Shown here: piece by piece, positions 26,106 to 36,050 of the stretch
Layout of the letters: the number at the start of each line of letters is the position of its first letter
Position numbering within the stretch: the stretch's first letter is position 1
Assembly (NCBI GenBank): GCA_002502685.1
Contig: DAQA01000008.1
Span: forward strand, 1,213 to 65,044
DNA length: 63,832 nucleotides
From: Euryarchaeota archaeon UBA202
GTDB lineage: Archaea > Thermoplasmatota > E2 > UBA202
Direction of reading: 5' to 3'
Notes under the pieces: model-generated
Seen by the model: the letters and a program-made list of their open reading frames with translations, nothing else
Databases searched by the model: none
What the model was told of the DNA's origin: nothing
Made by a program: the position numbers and the translations under genes

Positions 26106-28931
26106 TTATGTCACTGTAATAGCGGATGTGGGTGATAGATGTATATTTTTTGCAGTGTCATATGCATTAATCCAATATTCTATAACTGTATTCTTGGGGA
26201 ATTGTCCCAGTTCAATTCCATATATTGGTGTATTGCTTTTGTCTTTTAGGGGATCTTCGTCACTTCGATCCTGGATGGGGTTAGCGGCGTATAAAAACAT
26301 ATTGTGTGTCTGTATTGTTTGCTTGTTATTTGTGGTGTAGTGGATGGTCACTGTAGAAATGGCAAAGGGACTATCCTGTGTAATATTAGCTAAGATAATG
26401 ATGTTACTCTGGTTTGTGGGTTTGGTTGGCTGATGATAGCTATCCATAATGAGTGGTGACCAGTGGTGTCCGGTCTCATTTAATACCACATCTATTCTTT
26501 TTGTCATTTTATTGCCCTCGTAATCGGTTGCGGTTACTGTGAGGTTATAATCCCCTGGAGGTATATTTGTGGTGTCCCATTCTATCTCCCATACCGATTT
26601 TTCTTGTATTTCTTTGTATGTTGACCCCGCTTCTATTGTCACTTGAGCGACGCCATGCTCGTCACGGGATACGCCAGAAATGGTAGTTATCCCTTTCTCT
26701 ATGATCTCTCCCTTGATGGGACTGATAATCTGTATTCGGGGAGGAGAGGCATCGACAAGGGTAATTGATAGGCAGTCCGTGGTGTTTTTGCAACTGGCAA
26801 TCACGGAGTAGTTACCGGGCATGGTGTGGTTTGTATCCCAGGTGATAAACCAGGATCCTTTTTCTACATCCTGGCTTTTATCATTGATTTTCACGGTTGC
26901 GTTCTGTGAAGAATAACCCTGTATCCCTATTTTTTCCCCAATATTAAACACTGGAAGGCCACCGGGTCCATTATGGGCTGTAAGTAGGCAAATGGATTCC
27001 TCTTCACTTGATCCCCTTACCTCAACTGAGAAATTTATTACTGTATGTGTTACACACGATGGATTCCTGAAAACAATATACCAATCTTGGTTATCTGCTT
27101 GGATGGTCATTTTTCCGTGATTCTTATCGATGTATCCATTGGTAATTACTTGTTCCCCTTGCTTATATCGTTCAAAGTTTTCCTTATTTACACAAAAACA
27201 TTCCACCATGCTTGATACCTCATATTTTCCACTATTATCTGTCATAATATTTTTGTGATTCTGGAACCCCTGGCTAGAAAATGATATGGAAAAATAATAC
27301 TCCTCATTTTCCCTTATATTGTCCACGTGGCTCAGTATATTAGAGCCTTGGCAGGGGAATCGAATCTTAAAGGTGTAATTTTTGTTAACCTCAGAGATGA
27401 TCCGCATGGTGTTCCACTTTGCTGGTTGCCAGATCTTTTTTAGTTGGTCATATTGTATGAGAAATAGGTAGCTACGATTTTCCCCTATACCCAGACTACA
27501 TTCACCATAGGCATTGGTATAATTCCATATTGAGGGATAAAACCCTTCAATTGAATCAGGAATGGTTTGCCATTTTTCTTCCAATCGTTGATAGATCCTA
27601 AGAATCATTTCACATTTCAACCATTCAGGAACCCTTTCCCATAATTCTTCCAATCTTTCCCAAATAACACCCTTTAATCCAGTGATATCTATCGGTGCTA
27701 ATACCAAAGAGGTCACTCTCGCACCGTCTATGGGGTTACCTTTTCTGTCAACAACACTAAATTTGACATTCTTTCGTTCCGTTTCATGAATATATCGCGA
27801 TGTTGTTTCCCGTATTGAGTCATCCCCCATCCAGGCAAACAGGGTTGAGATATCCTTGCCCCATCCATATTTATATTCATCTGTTATATCCACAGCTCCT
27901 CCCCCATCAGTCCACCAGTTGTCATTCTGATGCCATCCTCTTTCCCAGAATTCCCTCCATACGTGGTCACCACCCCAGTCACAAATCCCCCGGGTGGGTA
28001 TCAGAGCAGTGCGAAGTGAGGCAATCGCTATCTGTTGGAGTTCGCCACACCATCCATTGTGTTCGTGGGATATTATGTTTGGCTGGACAGGTCGGTTTCC
28101 ATACGCTTCAATGGGCATTGTTTTTCCGATCCAGTAACTTACTGCTTCAATTGCCGTGGGATGGTTCTGCTGGCTCCAAGACCACGTTCTGTTTGCTGGT
28201 TGATGATATGAGCACACATCCCATAGATAGTTGATTTCTGACAGTTTTTCTTTTAAAAGAGGGTATCCTAAATCATTGTGATTAAAGATATAGTCCCTCC
28301 AATGGGTATCATAAATCATGGAGGGCTCCTCAGTTGTTATTTTGGGAGCAACAACAAACCAGTAATACATCTCCATTGGGCATAATACGATTCTATCTTT
28401 GTTTTCCTCTTTTATTGTATATTGCAATGTGGAATAATAATTCCCATCTTCCATCTCACAATCAATAATATCAACATAGTCCAGACACTCATCGATATGG
28501 TACAAACTATTGACATTATCTTTTATTATCTCAATTGGTGGAGGATGCCCCCAGGGAGAGCAAGCCAAGGAAAAAGCGAGTTCATCCACCTGTCTTTTTT
28601 CAGCGTTCAAGATGATGTCTGCATATTCCTCCTCATTTACCACTCTATATTGATGTAATAGGTCCCAGTGAATCCATCTCGGTGCTCTTGCTAGAGCCCG
28701 TAATTCTTTAAATGTCACATTCTGATAGATAATCTCTTGTTCCTCGAATTTTTTCTCTTGGGTAAAATGAATGATATAATCACTTTCTCCTTCAAGTACT
28801 ATCTCCTTTGCTATCTTATCAAGTACCGGATCCTCATTGGAGGAGGACATAAGGCCCTGGTGAGGAGTTTCTTGTAGTAATAAGGGGCATAGGATAATGG
28901 CAAGGGAAATAATGGCATATACTTGTTTCAT
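26106..28931 (-). CDS. Large secreted protein with a transglutaminase/PNGase-like Cys-His-Asp core and C-terminal Ig-like domains
   Basis: It has a signal peptide (MKQVYAIISLAIILCPLLL). The core is NGWCGELQQIAIASLRTALIPTR...GDHVWREFW...WHQNDNWW (C295/H323/D337). The C-terminal third is beta-rich and Big-like. Confidence 0.6.
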   Translation of the reverse strand: MKQVYAIISLAIILCPLLLQETPHQGLMSSSNEDPVLDKIAKEIVLEGESDYIIHFTQEKKFEEQEIIYQNVTFKELRALARAPRWIHWDLLHQYRVVNEEEYADIILNAEKRQVDELAFSLACSPWGHPPPIEIIKDNVNSLYHIDECLDYVDIIDCEMEDGNYYSTLQYTIKEENKDRIVLCPMEMYYWFVVAPKITTEEPSMIYDTHWRDYIFNHNDLGYPLLKEKLSEINYLWDVCSYHQPANRTWSWSQQNHPTAIEAVSYWIGKTMPIEAYGNRPVQPNIISHEHNGWCGELQQIAIASLRTALIPTRGICDWGGDHVWREFWERGWHQNDNWWTDGGGAVDITDEYKYGWGKDISTLFAWMGDDSIRETTSRYIHETERKNVKFSVVDRKGNPIDGARVTSLVLAPIDITGLKGVIWERLEELWERVPEWLKCEMILRIYQRLEEKWQTIPDSIEGFYPSIWNYTNAYGECSLGIGENRSYLFLIQYDQLKKIWQPAKWNTMRIISEVNKNYTFKIRFPCQGSNILSHVDNIRENEEYYFSISFSSQGFQNHKNIMTDNSGKYEVSSMVECFCVNKENFERYKQGEQVITNGYIDKNHGKMTIQADNQDWYIVFRNPSCVTHTVINFSVEVRGSSEEESICLLTAHNGPGGLPVFNIGEKIGIQGYSSQNATVKINDKSQDVEKGSWFITWDTNHTMPGNYSVIASCKNTTDCLSITLVDASPPRIQIISPIKGEIIEKGITTISGVSRDEHGVAQVTIEAGSTYKEIQEKSVWEIEWDTTNIPPGDYNLTVTATDYEGNKMTKRIDVVLNETGHHWSPLIMDSYHQPTKPTNQSNIIILANITQDSPFAISTVTIHYTTNNKQTIQTHNMFLYAANPIQDRSDEDPLKDKSNTPIYGIELGQFPKNTVIEYWINAYDTAKNIHLSPTSAITVT

Positions 28932-29464
28932 TCTAGAGTATATGATGGTGTTCTTCTAAATATTTTTCCACAGGGGATATATATGTTGGCAGAGGTATTT
29001 TTTTCTAGATACATTCTCAATTTTTTTAAAGATGGTGTCGTTACATCACATGTTTATAGCATACGGGATATTTTCCGTGTTCTTCAGGCGGATCCAAGTT
29101 TACTCGATCTCTTAGGATTTTACTTGTGTTATCCTCAGTAATATATCATCTAAGGTCTGGTAGTAATCCCTAGAGTTTTAGATCCAACGCTATCTAATTG
29201 AAGATAGATAATCATGCTAAAAAAAAGGGTTTTTTTCTCCTCCTTAACCCTCAGCTTCCTTGATAATTTTTCCAGTTTTTTTTAGTTATACACAACTTCT
29301 TTATATTCTTATCTATTTTTTTTGAATAATTTTTTAATGTTATTGGTAAAAATCAAAATTTTTTAAATATATTATACATATTATTTTATACTGGGTGAAG
29401 TGAACTGTTCTCCGGTATTTGCTCTCAGTTTACACGTCAAAATAGGCATGCAGGGAAAGGGGTT

Positions 29465-30739
29465 TTAATGTGTTTTACTTGTTGGACTGCCACTTTCGGA
29501 ATTCTTTTTAGGTCTAAGCCAGCAGTAAGAAAAGCGATTATTTTTTCTTAATTCTCTATTCCAAATAATAAATAAAAACAGGGTTGTGGCACAAACCCAA
29601 ATAAAGGTAAACAGGCTTATATCACCAATGAAACTTATTTCCTCCCCAATAAAAGGAGTTTTATCAACTGTCTCAAGAATAATTTTTCCTCCAGAGATAG
29701 CAAACCCAAAATTGTTTAAATATTCCATTGCAAGAGGGAATGTCGTGGAGCACCCAATAAAAAAAATCCATTTTTTCCCTTCTACAACATATTTTGTTAA
29801 GATTAGACAAAGAAAGGGAATTGCATACAAAAAATATTGAGTGAATAACACTCTATTCAAAAGATTCGTAACCATAATCAAAAAAAATGTCAATGGGATA
29901 AGATCATTATAAGAAAATTTTTTTATTTTGGCGCCATTGATTATCACCAAACATATTCCAATTAGAATTATTATTAGAGGCACAAAATAAGGTAAAAAAT
30001 TATATGGATGATAAAAAGCGTATCCTGTATTCTCCCGAGTTATAAAAAAAAGCAATGTATCTTCAATGAATTTTGTTGGTGATAGTAGAATAAAGGGCAG
30101 TGTTATGAAAAAGACTGATAGACCACATACAAATGCATATTTTAAGGTGGCTGAAAAATTTTTTCTCTTCAGGATATAAAAAAGGAAAGGGATTAAGCAT
30201 AACCCGGCTAGATATTTATAGCCAATTCCGATACCTAAAAAAATTGATGACAAAAGATACTTCTTTTTTAAAAGACATAGGAAAGAGAGAAGGACAAATA
30301 ATATTGGAAATACATCCATTTTCCCTTCCGCGCTGGTGAACAGAATTGTGAAGGGAAGAAATAAATATAATAGAAAGGGCATTAATCCATGTTTTTCACC
30401 AAATATCTTTTTTCCAATAAATAGCAATACCAATGCTCCTAGAAGATCCACAAAGATCAATAATAAGCTTGCATTAAACTCCTTGACTCCAAATAGATAT
30501 AACCAAGCAGCCAAAGTATAGGTCCACAAAGGTTTTGGATCCCCGAAATCCTGGTATGACATTTCACCATTTATTACCATTGATGATCGTTCAACAAAAC
30601 GGAAAAAATCGATATCATGTGTTTGTGCGAGTAATAAAGAAATTAACCGGAGGACAAATGCGCATAAAAAAATGGCTATAATCAGGTATCTTTCGTCGTG
30701 TTGGGTGATTTTCTTCAGCAATCCATTAGTCTTAGTCAT
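29465..30739 (-). CDS. GT-C fold membrane glycosyltransferase, DUF2029/PimE-like
   Basis: The protein is polytopic with more than ten TM helices. The first extracytoplasmic loop carries INGEMSYQDFGDPKPLWTY, matching the Y.D....PP(L)..Y-type signature. Confidence 0.55.
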   Translation of the reverse strand: MTKTNGLLKKITQHDERYLIIAIFLCAFVLRLISLLLAQTHDIDFFRFVERSSMVINGEMSYQDFGDPKPLWTYTLAAWLYLFGVKEFNASLLLIFVDLLGALVLLFIGKKIFGEKHGLMPFLLYLFLPFTILFTSAEGKMDVFPILFVLLSFLCLLKKKYLLSSIFLGIGIGYKYLAGLCLIPFLFYILKRKNFSATLKYAFVCGLSVFFITLPFILLSPTKFIEDTLLFFITRENTGYAFYHPYNFLPYFVPLIIILIGICLVIINGAKIKKFSYNDLIPLTFFLIMVTNLLNRVLFTQYFLYAIPFLCLILTKYVVEGKKWIFFIGCSTTFPLAMEYLNNFGFAISGGKIILETVDKTPFIGEEISFIGDISLFTFIWVCATTLFLFIIWNRELRKNNRFSYCWLRPKKNSESGSPTSKTH

Positions 30740-31081
30740 GTATACTATTTATCTGTGTGTGATTTTTTTTTATTGGGAAGGGGTATTTTTTTTGGTTTTA
30801 TGTATTAATTTTTTTTAGTAGCAAACTTTCCCTATAATTATTTTTTTATATTTCTTTTGTCAACGAATATTAATACTGTTTAATATTTAAATCTGGTTTC
30901 CATCTGTTTTTTTAATGTTACCCTACTGAGATAACTATCATAGATAAACTGTATTTCCTGATAGTTTTTTGTAAGTATTCCTCGATTTGTATATGTTTAT
31001 CTTTGTATCACCCTAGTATTTTTTTTAGGCCTTACGAACGATTTATTTATGGCTTAACTTAATTCAGTTTTTTTGACTTAG

Positions 31082-31195
31082 CGCCCCGGTCGGGATTTGA
31101 ACCCGAGTCGCGGGCTATCTGTAGCAACCTCCCTATCCATCCACTGGTGAGGCTCTACGACAGGCCCGCATGATAGACCACTACACTACCAGGGC
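31082..31195 (-). tRNA. tRNA-Asp (anticodon GUC) with a 41-nt intron at about 31117-31157
   Basis: The reverse complement is GCCCTGGTAGTGTAGTGGTCTATCAT..CGGGC-CUGUCG[intron]A-GCCCG...TCGGG-TTCAAAT-CCCGA-CCGGGGC-G. It has discriminator G and no encoded CCA. Confidence 0.85.
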
Positions 31196-31217
31196 ATCAA
31201 CAGGCTATATAGCGTTT

Positions 31218-31226
31218 TTTCTTAAA
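31218..31226 (-). promoter_or_regulatory. TATA-like box (TTTAAGAAA on the minus strand) for tRNA-Asp
   Basis: It spans about -31 to -23 relative to the mature 5' end of the tRNA. Confidence 0.4.
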
Positions 31227-31258
31227 TGCTTTATGCATTAAACGCTATATCACATTCT

Positions 31259-32179
31259 ATGTTGTATGACCAAACATTGAAGACAATTAAAGCCCTATCC
31301 AAAGAAAAACTATCCGGTGCAACCGAAATTGAAGCAAAGGCATTAGAAGCCTTTACTTACTTTATTGGCCATACTCACGATGGCTCATTAGCTTCATTTC
31401 GTGACAAACTTACCACCCTTTGTATCCAGCTTGCTCAAGCACAACCTTCCATGGCTTCTCTTTTTAATCTATCAAATGATATCCTCCATATATCGAATGC
31501 GGAGGAATCAATAAAGGAGATAAAAGAGTCACTTACCACATGTTTTACTCACTATGATTGCACGGATAGCATTTTGCGCTATGCAGTTGAGTTATTATCA
31601 GAGAATTCATGTATTGTCACCCATAGTCGCAGTTCCATTGTTCTCCAGATTCTTACAAAGATTGGTCAGGGCCTTCATGTTATTTGTACTGAATCACGTC
31701 CCCTTAATGAAGGTAGGCGATTAGCAAGTGAACTGGCTTCATCTGGAGCCACGGTGACCTTAGTTGTGGATACCGCTATTTTTTCTCTTCTCCAAAAGGC
31801 AGAATGTGTCTTATTCGGAGCTGATGCTGTGACCCCTCTTGGCGTGGTCAATAAAATTGGGACAATGGGCATAGCCAATGTGGCAACAGAACAGGGTATC
31901 CCTGTGTATGCTGCTACATCACTTCATAAACTCTGTCCTTACTCATTTCCTATTTCTTTAAGAGATCACCATGAAGTGTGGGAAAATCCCCCGGGGGATA
32001 TTGAGGTGAAAAATTTTTATTTTGACATAACTCCTTTGTCACACATTGATAAGTTTCTAACGGAAAAAGGTGTGCTTGATCCTTCAAACATCACGGAAAA
32101 TATTCAATCTATCCAGGTAGCTCCCCAGCTTTTATCCATCCTTACACAGATACCCCGAGATGATCGCGTTATCATTTGA
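31259..32179 (+). CDS. eIF-2B alpha/beta/delta-family protein (sugar-phosphate isomerase-like)
   Basis: The core is IVTHSRSS...ICTESRPLNEGRRLA..L...G..VTLV.D.A.......A..VLFGADAV...G.VNKIGT. The ATG at 31259 is preferred because the ORF-track start at 31226 would overlap the tRNA promoter. Confidence 0.65.
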   Translation: MLYDQTLKTIKALSKEKLSGATEIEAKALEAFTYFIGHTHDGSLASFRDKLTTLCIQLAQAQPSMASLFNLSNDILHISNAEESIKEIKESLTTCFTHYDCTDSILRYAVELLSENSCIVTHSRSSIVLQILTKIGQGLHVICTESRPLNEGRRLASELASSGATVTLVVDTAIFSLLQKAECVLFGADAVTPLGVVNKIGTMGIANVATEQGIPVYAATSLHKLCPYSFPISLRDHHEVWENPPGDIEVKNFYFDITPLSHIDKFLTEKGVLDPSNITENIQSIQVAPQLLSILTQIPRDDRVII

Positions 32180-33203
32180 AGATTTTATACAGAAACAAGC
32201 CTCCCACAAGCAGATTTAGATGATACGTGATAAACCTAAAAAGTAAAATAAAGATACCCAGAAGAGATTGGTTAATAAGAGGAGCGTAAAGAAACGCGGT
32301 GCTAGCCTCAGCCACACCGCTGCTTCCAGGTGTTGTGGGTATCAATATACATATTACTAATAAAACCTGGGCGCAGTATGATTCTATGAGAAAGGGTTTT
32401 AGTCCCATGCCCAGTAGGAGCATTGAAGGTACAAGGAAACCGGTGGACCAAAACAATATGGTTACTATCCCGCCAATCATAAATTCTTTTTTTCGTTCTT
32501 TTCTAAAAAAAAGCATACTTTGGTGAAAATTGTCTACTTCATGGGTTATTTTTTCTATGAGATGAGTTTCTTTTTTCCATTTTGTTGTGGGAATAAATCT
32601 ATGTGCTTTTTTGGCAATAAAAATGAGGAATGATTTTAATTTCTGTGGATTTTTTATGGCATAGATAAAGATTAATATTAAGGCAATAAAAAAAGCAATT
32701 CCTAGATACAGACCAATTTTGACAGCTTCTACCTCGATAAGATTCTTGTATACAAAGAATGCAAAGGGGACACACCCCAAGATAAATATGGCATCAAGCA
32801 AACGCTCAGTCATTACTGTGGCTGTTGCCCCTCCGGTACTCATACCGTTTTTATGCAATAGATGTATACGTATTGGTTCTCCGCCCGCGCTTGAGGGTGT
32901 GATGCCTGCGATAAATAGACTTGCTATTATGATTTTGATGTGTTCCCATAAGCTAATTTTGACGTGATGGTCTAATGCTGAACTTAATATTTTTAGTCGT
33001 AGTGCCCATATAACCCAGTAAAGTATACTTAGGCATATGGCTACTATAAAGAATTCATATCGTATTTTTTCTTGGGAAAGATAGGTAAAGGTATCTTTAT
33101 TTATTGTAAATTTTAGGATAATAATAATAATTGCAAAGCTGAGTACTAGGCTTAATGCAATTGATATTTTTCTTTTGGTGTTTTTCTTTTCAGTCTTTTT
33201 CAC
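32172..33203 (-). CDS. Flippase-like membrane protein (UPF0104/TIGR00374-like), paralogue 2
   Basis: It has LRLKIL after TM2, a GGEPIRIHLL motif and about eight TM helices. Confidence 0.55.
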   Translation of the reverse strand: MKKTEKKNTKRKISIALSLVLSFAIIIIILKFTINKDTFTYLSQEKIRYEFFIVAICLSILYWVIWALRLKILSSALDHHVKISLWEHIKIIIASLFIAGITPSSAGGEPIRIHLLHKNGMSTGGATATVMTERLLDAIFILGCVPFAFFVYKNLIEVEAVKIGLYLGIAFFIALILIFIYAIKNPQKLKSFLIFIAKKAHRFIPTTKWKKETHLIEKITHEVDNFHQSMLFFRKERKKEFMIGGIVTILFWSTGFLVPSMLLLGMGLKPFLIESYCAQVLLVICILIPTTPGSSGVAEASTAFLYAPLINQSLLGIFILLFRFITYHLNLLVGGLFLYKIFK

Positions 33204-33692
33204 ACCAGGTGTTATTTTTAAAACAATATATCTTTTTTCCGGTAAAAAATTATCTTTTCTTTCATATCTACATGTTTTTTTTAAATTCTTTCATAATTAT
33301 ATCTTTTATTATTGTGAGATAATAAGGCATTAAAAAAAAATGGATACAGTTCTCCTTTTTTTGTTAGTTCATCTCTCGTGGTCTTTTGCGTACTGGTTGG
33401 ATGAATAGACACTACAGGATAGATTATCTAAAATAAATACCCCCCTTAAATTTCTGTTCTTTATTTTTTATTTTTCCCTCTTATACTATCTTGCATAATC
33501 TGTGCATCCCTTATATAACATGAACTAAACAGCTATCGTATTTACAATCTAGGGGGACAACAGTAATTATTTTATTTGTTTTTTTTTTTTAGGATATATT
33601 ATTGATTCTTGGATACTATTTTATGAGGAGAAGGGAGGGGGGATAAAATTTATCTGTGATAACTTCTTTAGGGTCCTTGTGTTTGTATATCC

Positions 33693-34643
33693 ATGAGACT
33701 CTTGTCCTTATCCAAATATTTTCTCATTGCTAAGTATGCACTATCTAATTATCTCAACCGGGAAAATATTTATCCTTTTTATGCCTCCTTTAAGATAACC
33801 CATAAATGTGGATTGAGATGCAAGTTTTGTAACGTCTGGAAGGAGAATATTCCCGATCTTTCAACAGAAGGTGTTTATCAGGTATTGCATCAGCTTGGTC
33901 AGTCCAGTATAGCTGTGGTGAGTCTTGAGGGTGGGGATCCTTTGATGAGAAAGGATTTAGGTGAGATTTTAAAATATGCATATGCACAACCTTTTTATCT
34001 TTTTTTTACCACAAATGGGCATTTAATTGATAAACGACCCATGGAGGAATATTGCAAATACATTGATTATCTCCATATCAGTATTGACGAGGGTCACAAC
34101 AATCTGGAATTTTTTGATCGCCTTGATGAGTTCAATAGTTTTGGATCGGAAATCTGTATCCAAATTGTCGTCACATCAGATACCCTTGATGTCCTCGAAG
34201 ATAAAATTAGAAAAATATATCGGGCGGGTGTACGCGCTGTTGTAATGCCTGCCACCCATCTTAAAGGGACTGAGGATTACTATCCTAATCCTCTTCTCTT
34301 TCGAGAAAAGATACTGGAGTTAAAAAAGAAATATAAAAATACCCTTACCACTCCGCGTGTCTTTCTGGACAACATCACTAAAAATCATGGTTGTTCCCCC
34401 TCATCAATCATTATTGATTCTGACGGGGGTCTTTTTTATCCCTGTCGCACCATAGGCAAACGGTTATATAGTTTTACAGAGGGGTCTTTCTTAGAGTTCT
34501 TGCAATCCCCAGAAGCTATTGGTGCGCGCGATGAAATGAAAAAGTGTTCACGGAGTTGTGGTTGGTATCAATATTTTGCCACGGATGCCTTTTCCTCTCC
34601 TTTGTCCATTATATCGTCATTTAGTCCTTATCTTTTTAAATAA
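33693..34643 (+). CDS. Radical SAM enzyme with additional C-terminal Cys residues
   Basis: It carries the CX3CX2C motif CGLRCKFC and a GGDPL glycine-rich SAM motif. The C-terminal Cys residues (CSPSS...YPC...CSRSC) suggest an auxiliary cluster. Confidence 0.7.
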   Translation: MRLLSLSKYFLIAKYALSNYLNRENIYPFYASFKITHKCGLRCKFCNVWKENIPDLSTEGVYQVLHQLGQSSIAVVSLEGGDPLMRKDLGEILKYAYAQPFYLFFTTNGHLIDKRPMEEYCKYIDYLHISIDEGHNNLEFFDRLDEFNSFGSEICIQIVVTSDTLDVLEDKIRKIYRAGVRAVVMPATHLKGTEDYYPNPLLFREKILELKKKYKNTLTTPRVFLDNITKNHGCSPSSIIIDSDGGLFYPCRTIGKRLYSFTEGSFLEFLQSPEAIGARDEMKKCSRSCGWYQYFATDAFSSPLSIISSFSPYLFK

Positions 34644-34661
34644 TAAAGTGGATGAAGAAAA

Positions 34662-35825
34662 GTGAAAATCTTGTTTACAACGGAATCCTACTATCCCAAT
34701 ATTGATGGGGGAGCTATAGCCCAAAGGAATCTTGTAAAAAAACTGCTAAAAAAGGGGCATGATGTTAGAGTTATTGCCCCAGGTAATCGTTTTGTTAATT
34801 ACTGTGAAAGAGATGATGGCTATCTTATTTGCAGGCTGCGGGGATTGACGCTTCCAGGATATATGAGCAATCGCTATAAATTTTCATTTTTTCCCTATTT
34901 TCAAGTAAAAAAAATTATTGAATCCTTTCATCCTGATATAATCAATGCGTGTTCTCCCTATCCCAATAGTCTTTCTGCTCTTCATATCGCTAGAAAAAAA
35001 AACATACCCTTTGTGGGATCAATACACATTCTCCCTCAAAACATGTTAGCTCCCTTTCTTCATAAAAAAAGTTATGAATTCTTGGAGCCGTATGCATGGA
35101 AATGGCTGATTTGGTTTTTTAATCAATGTAGCCATACAGTGGTGCCCACACGGACAGGGGCGGACATGTTTCAGGAGCATGGTTTGCAGGTACATATTGC
35201 CCCCATATCCAATGGTATAGATATTCAAAGATTCACTCCATCTAATGATGGCGCCTATTTACGGAAGCAATTTAGCATTCCCGATAAGCCAATTGTACTG
35301 TATACCGGCAGAATCAATGAGGAGAAAAACCTGGATGTTTTCATTAAAGCTATCCCGTTGGTGTTACAAAGTGTTGATGCACATTTTCTCTTTGTAGGTT
35401 CAGGGGGGAAATATCGTAACTTTCTTATTGCCTTAACAAAGCAAATCAAGGTAGAGCAACATACTAGTTTTATTTCTTTCTTACCTGATGAAGATTTTCC
35501 CAATATCTATTCACTTGCGAATCTTTTTGTGATGCCGTCTGAAGCGGAACTTCAAAGTATCGTTACATTAGAGGCATTAGCTTCAGGTTTACCTGTTGTG
35601 GCAGTCAATAAAGGGGCAGTTCCTGAGCTTGTGACCCCGGACAATGGTTTACTCTTTGACTCGGGGGACAGTCAGCAGCTGGCACACCAGGTCATACATC
35701 TACTGCAAAATGACCATTTACGGTGTATCATGGGTAAAAAAAGTTTAGAGATTGTTCAACATCACACAATGGATTTTGTAAGCTCTGAATATGAAAAGGT
35801 ATATAGATCCCTTTTATCCCCTTAA
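34662..35825 (+). CDS. GT4-family (GT-B) glycosyltransferase
   Basis: It starts at GTG with MKILFTTESYYPNIDGGA and has the C-terminal EAELQSIVTLEALASGLPVVA signature of GT4 enzymes. Confidence 0.8.
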   Translation: MKILFTTESYYPNIDGGAIAQRNLVKKLLKKGHDVRVIAPGNRFVNYCERDDGYLICRLRGLTLPGYMSNRYKFSFFPYFQVKKIIESFHPDIINACSPYPNSLSALHIARKKNIPFVGSIHILPQNMLAPFLHKKSYEFLEPYAWKWLIWFFNQCSHTVVPTRTGADMFQEHGLQVHIAPISNGIDIQRFTPSNDGAYLRKQFSIPDKPIVLYTGRINEEKNLDVFIKAIPLVLQSVDAHFLFVGSGGKYRNFLIALTKQIKVEQHTSFISFLPDEDFPNIYSLANLFVMPSEAELQSIVTLEALASGLPVVAVNKGAVPELVTPDNGLLFDSGDSQQLAHQVIHLLQNDHLRCIMGKKSLEIVQHHTMDFVSSEYEKVYRSLLSP

Positions 35826-36050
35826 CATAAACCTCCGCTACTCATCGGTATTATATGCTTATCTATCTGTTTTTTTTCTGAAAAGCTTTTTGTGTTTAGA
35901 GAGATATAAAAAAGAGAGTGTATCTAGTAAGACGGGTATACACAGCAATCTGCTGAACAGATGGCATCTCCTTATACAAAAAAAGAAGGCAATCCTTAGC
36001 TAGTCCTTTAAAAAATATTGTTATCTACCTAAATCCCTTTGTTATTTCTG

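Noticed and set aside
27800-28234. 144-aa plus-strand ORF inside the transglutaminase-like gene
   Set aside because: It is an antisense shadow ORF with Pro/His/Ser-rich composition.
30933-30970. 8-bp inverted repeat (AACTATCA ... TGATAGTT) followed by a T run, resembling an intrinsic terminator
   Set aside because: No plus-strand gene lies upstream for it to terminate. Archaeal termination does not require hairpins. Chance occurrence in AT-rich DNA is likely.
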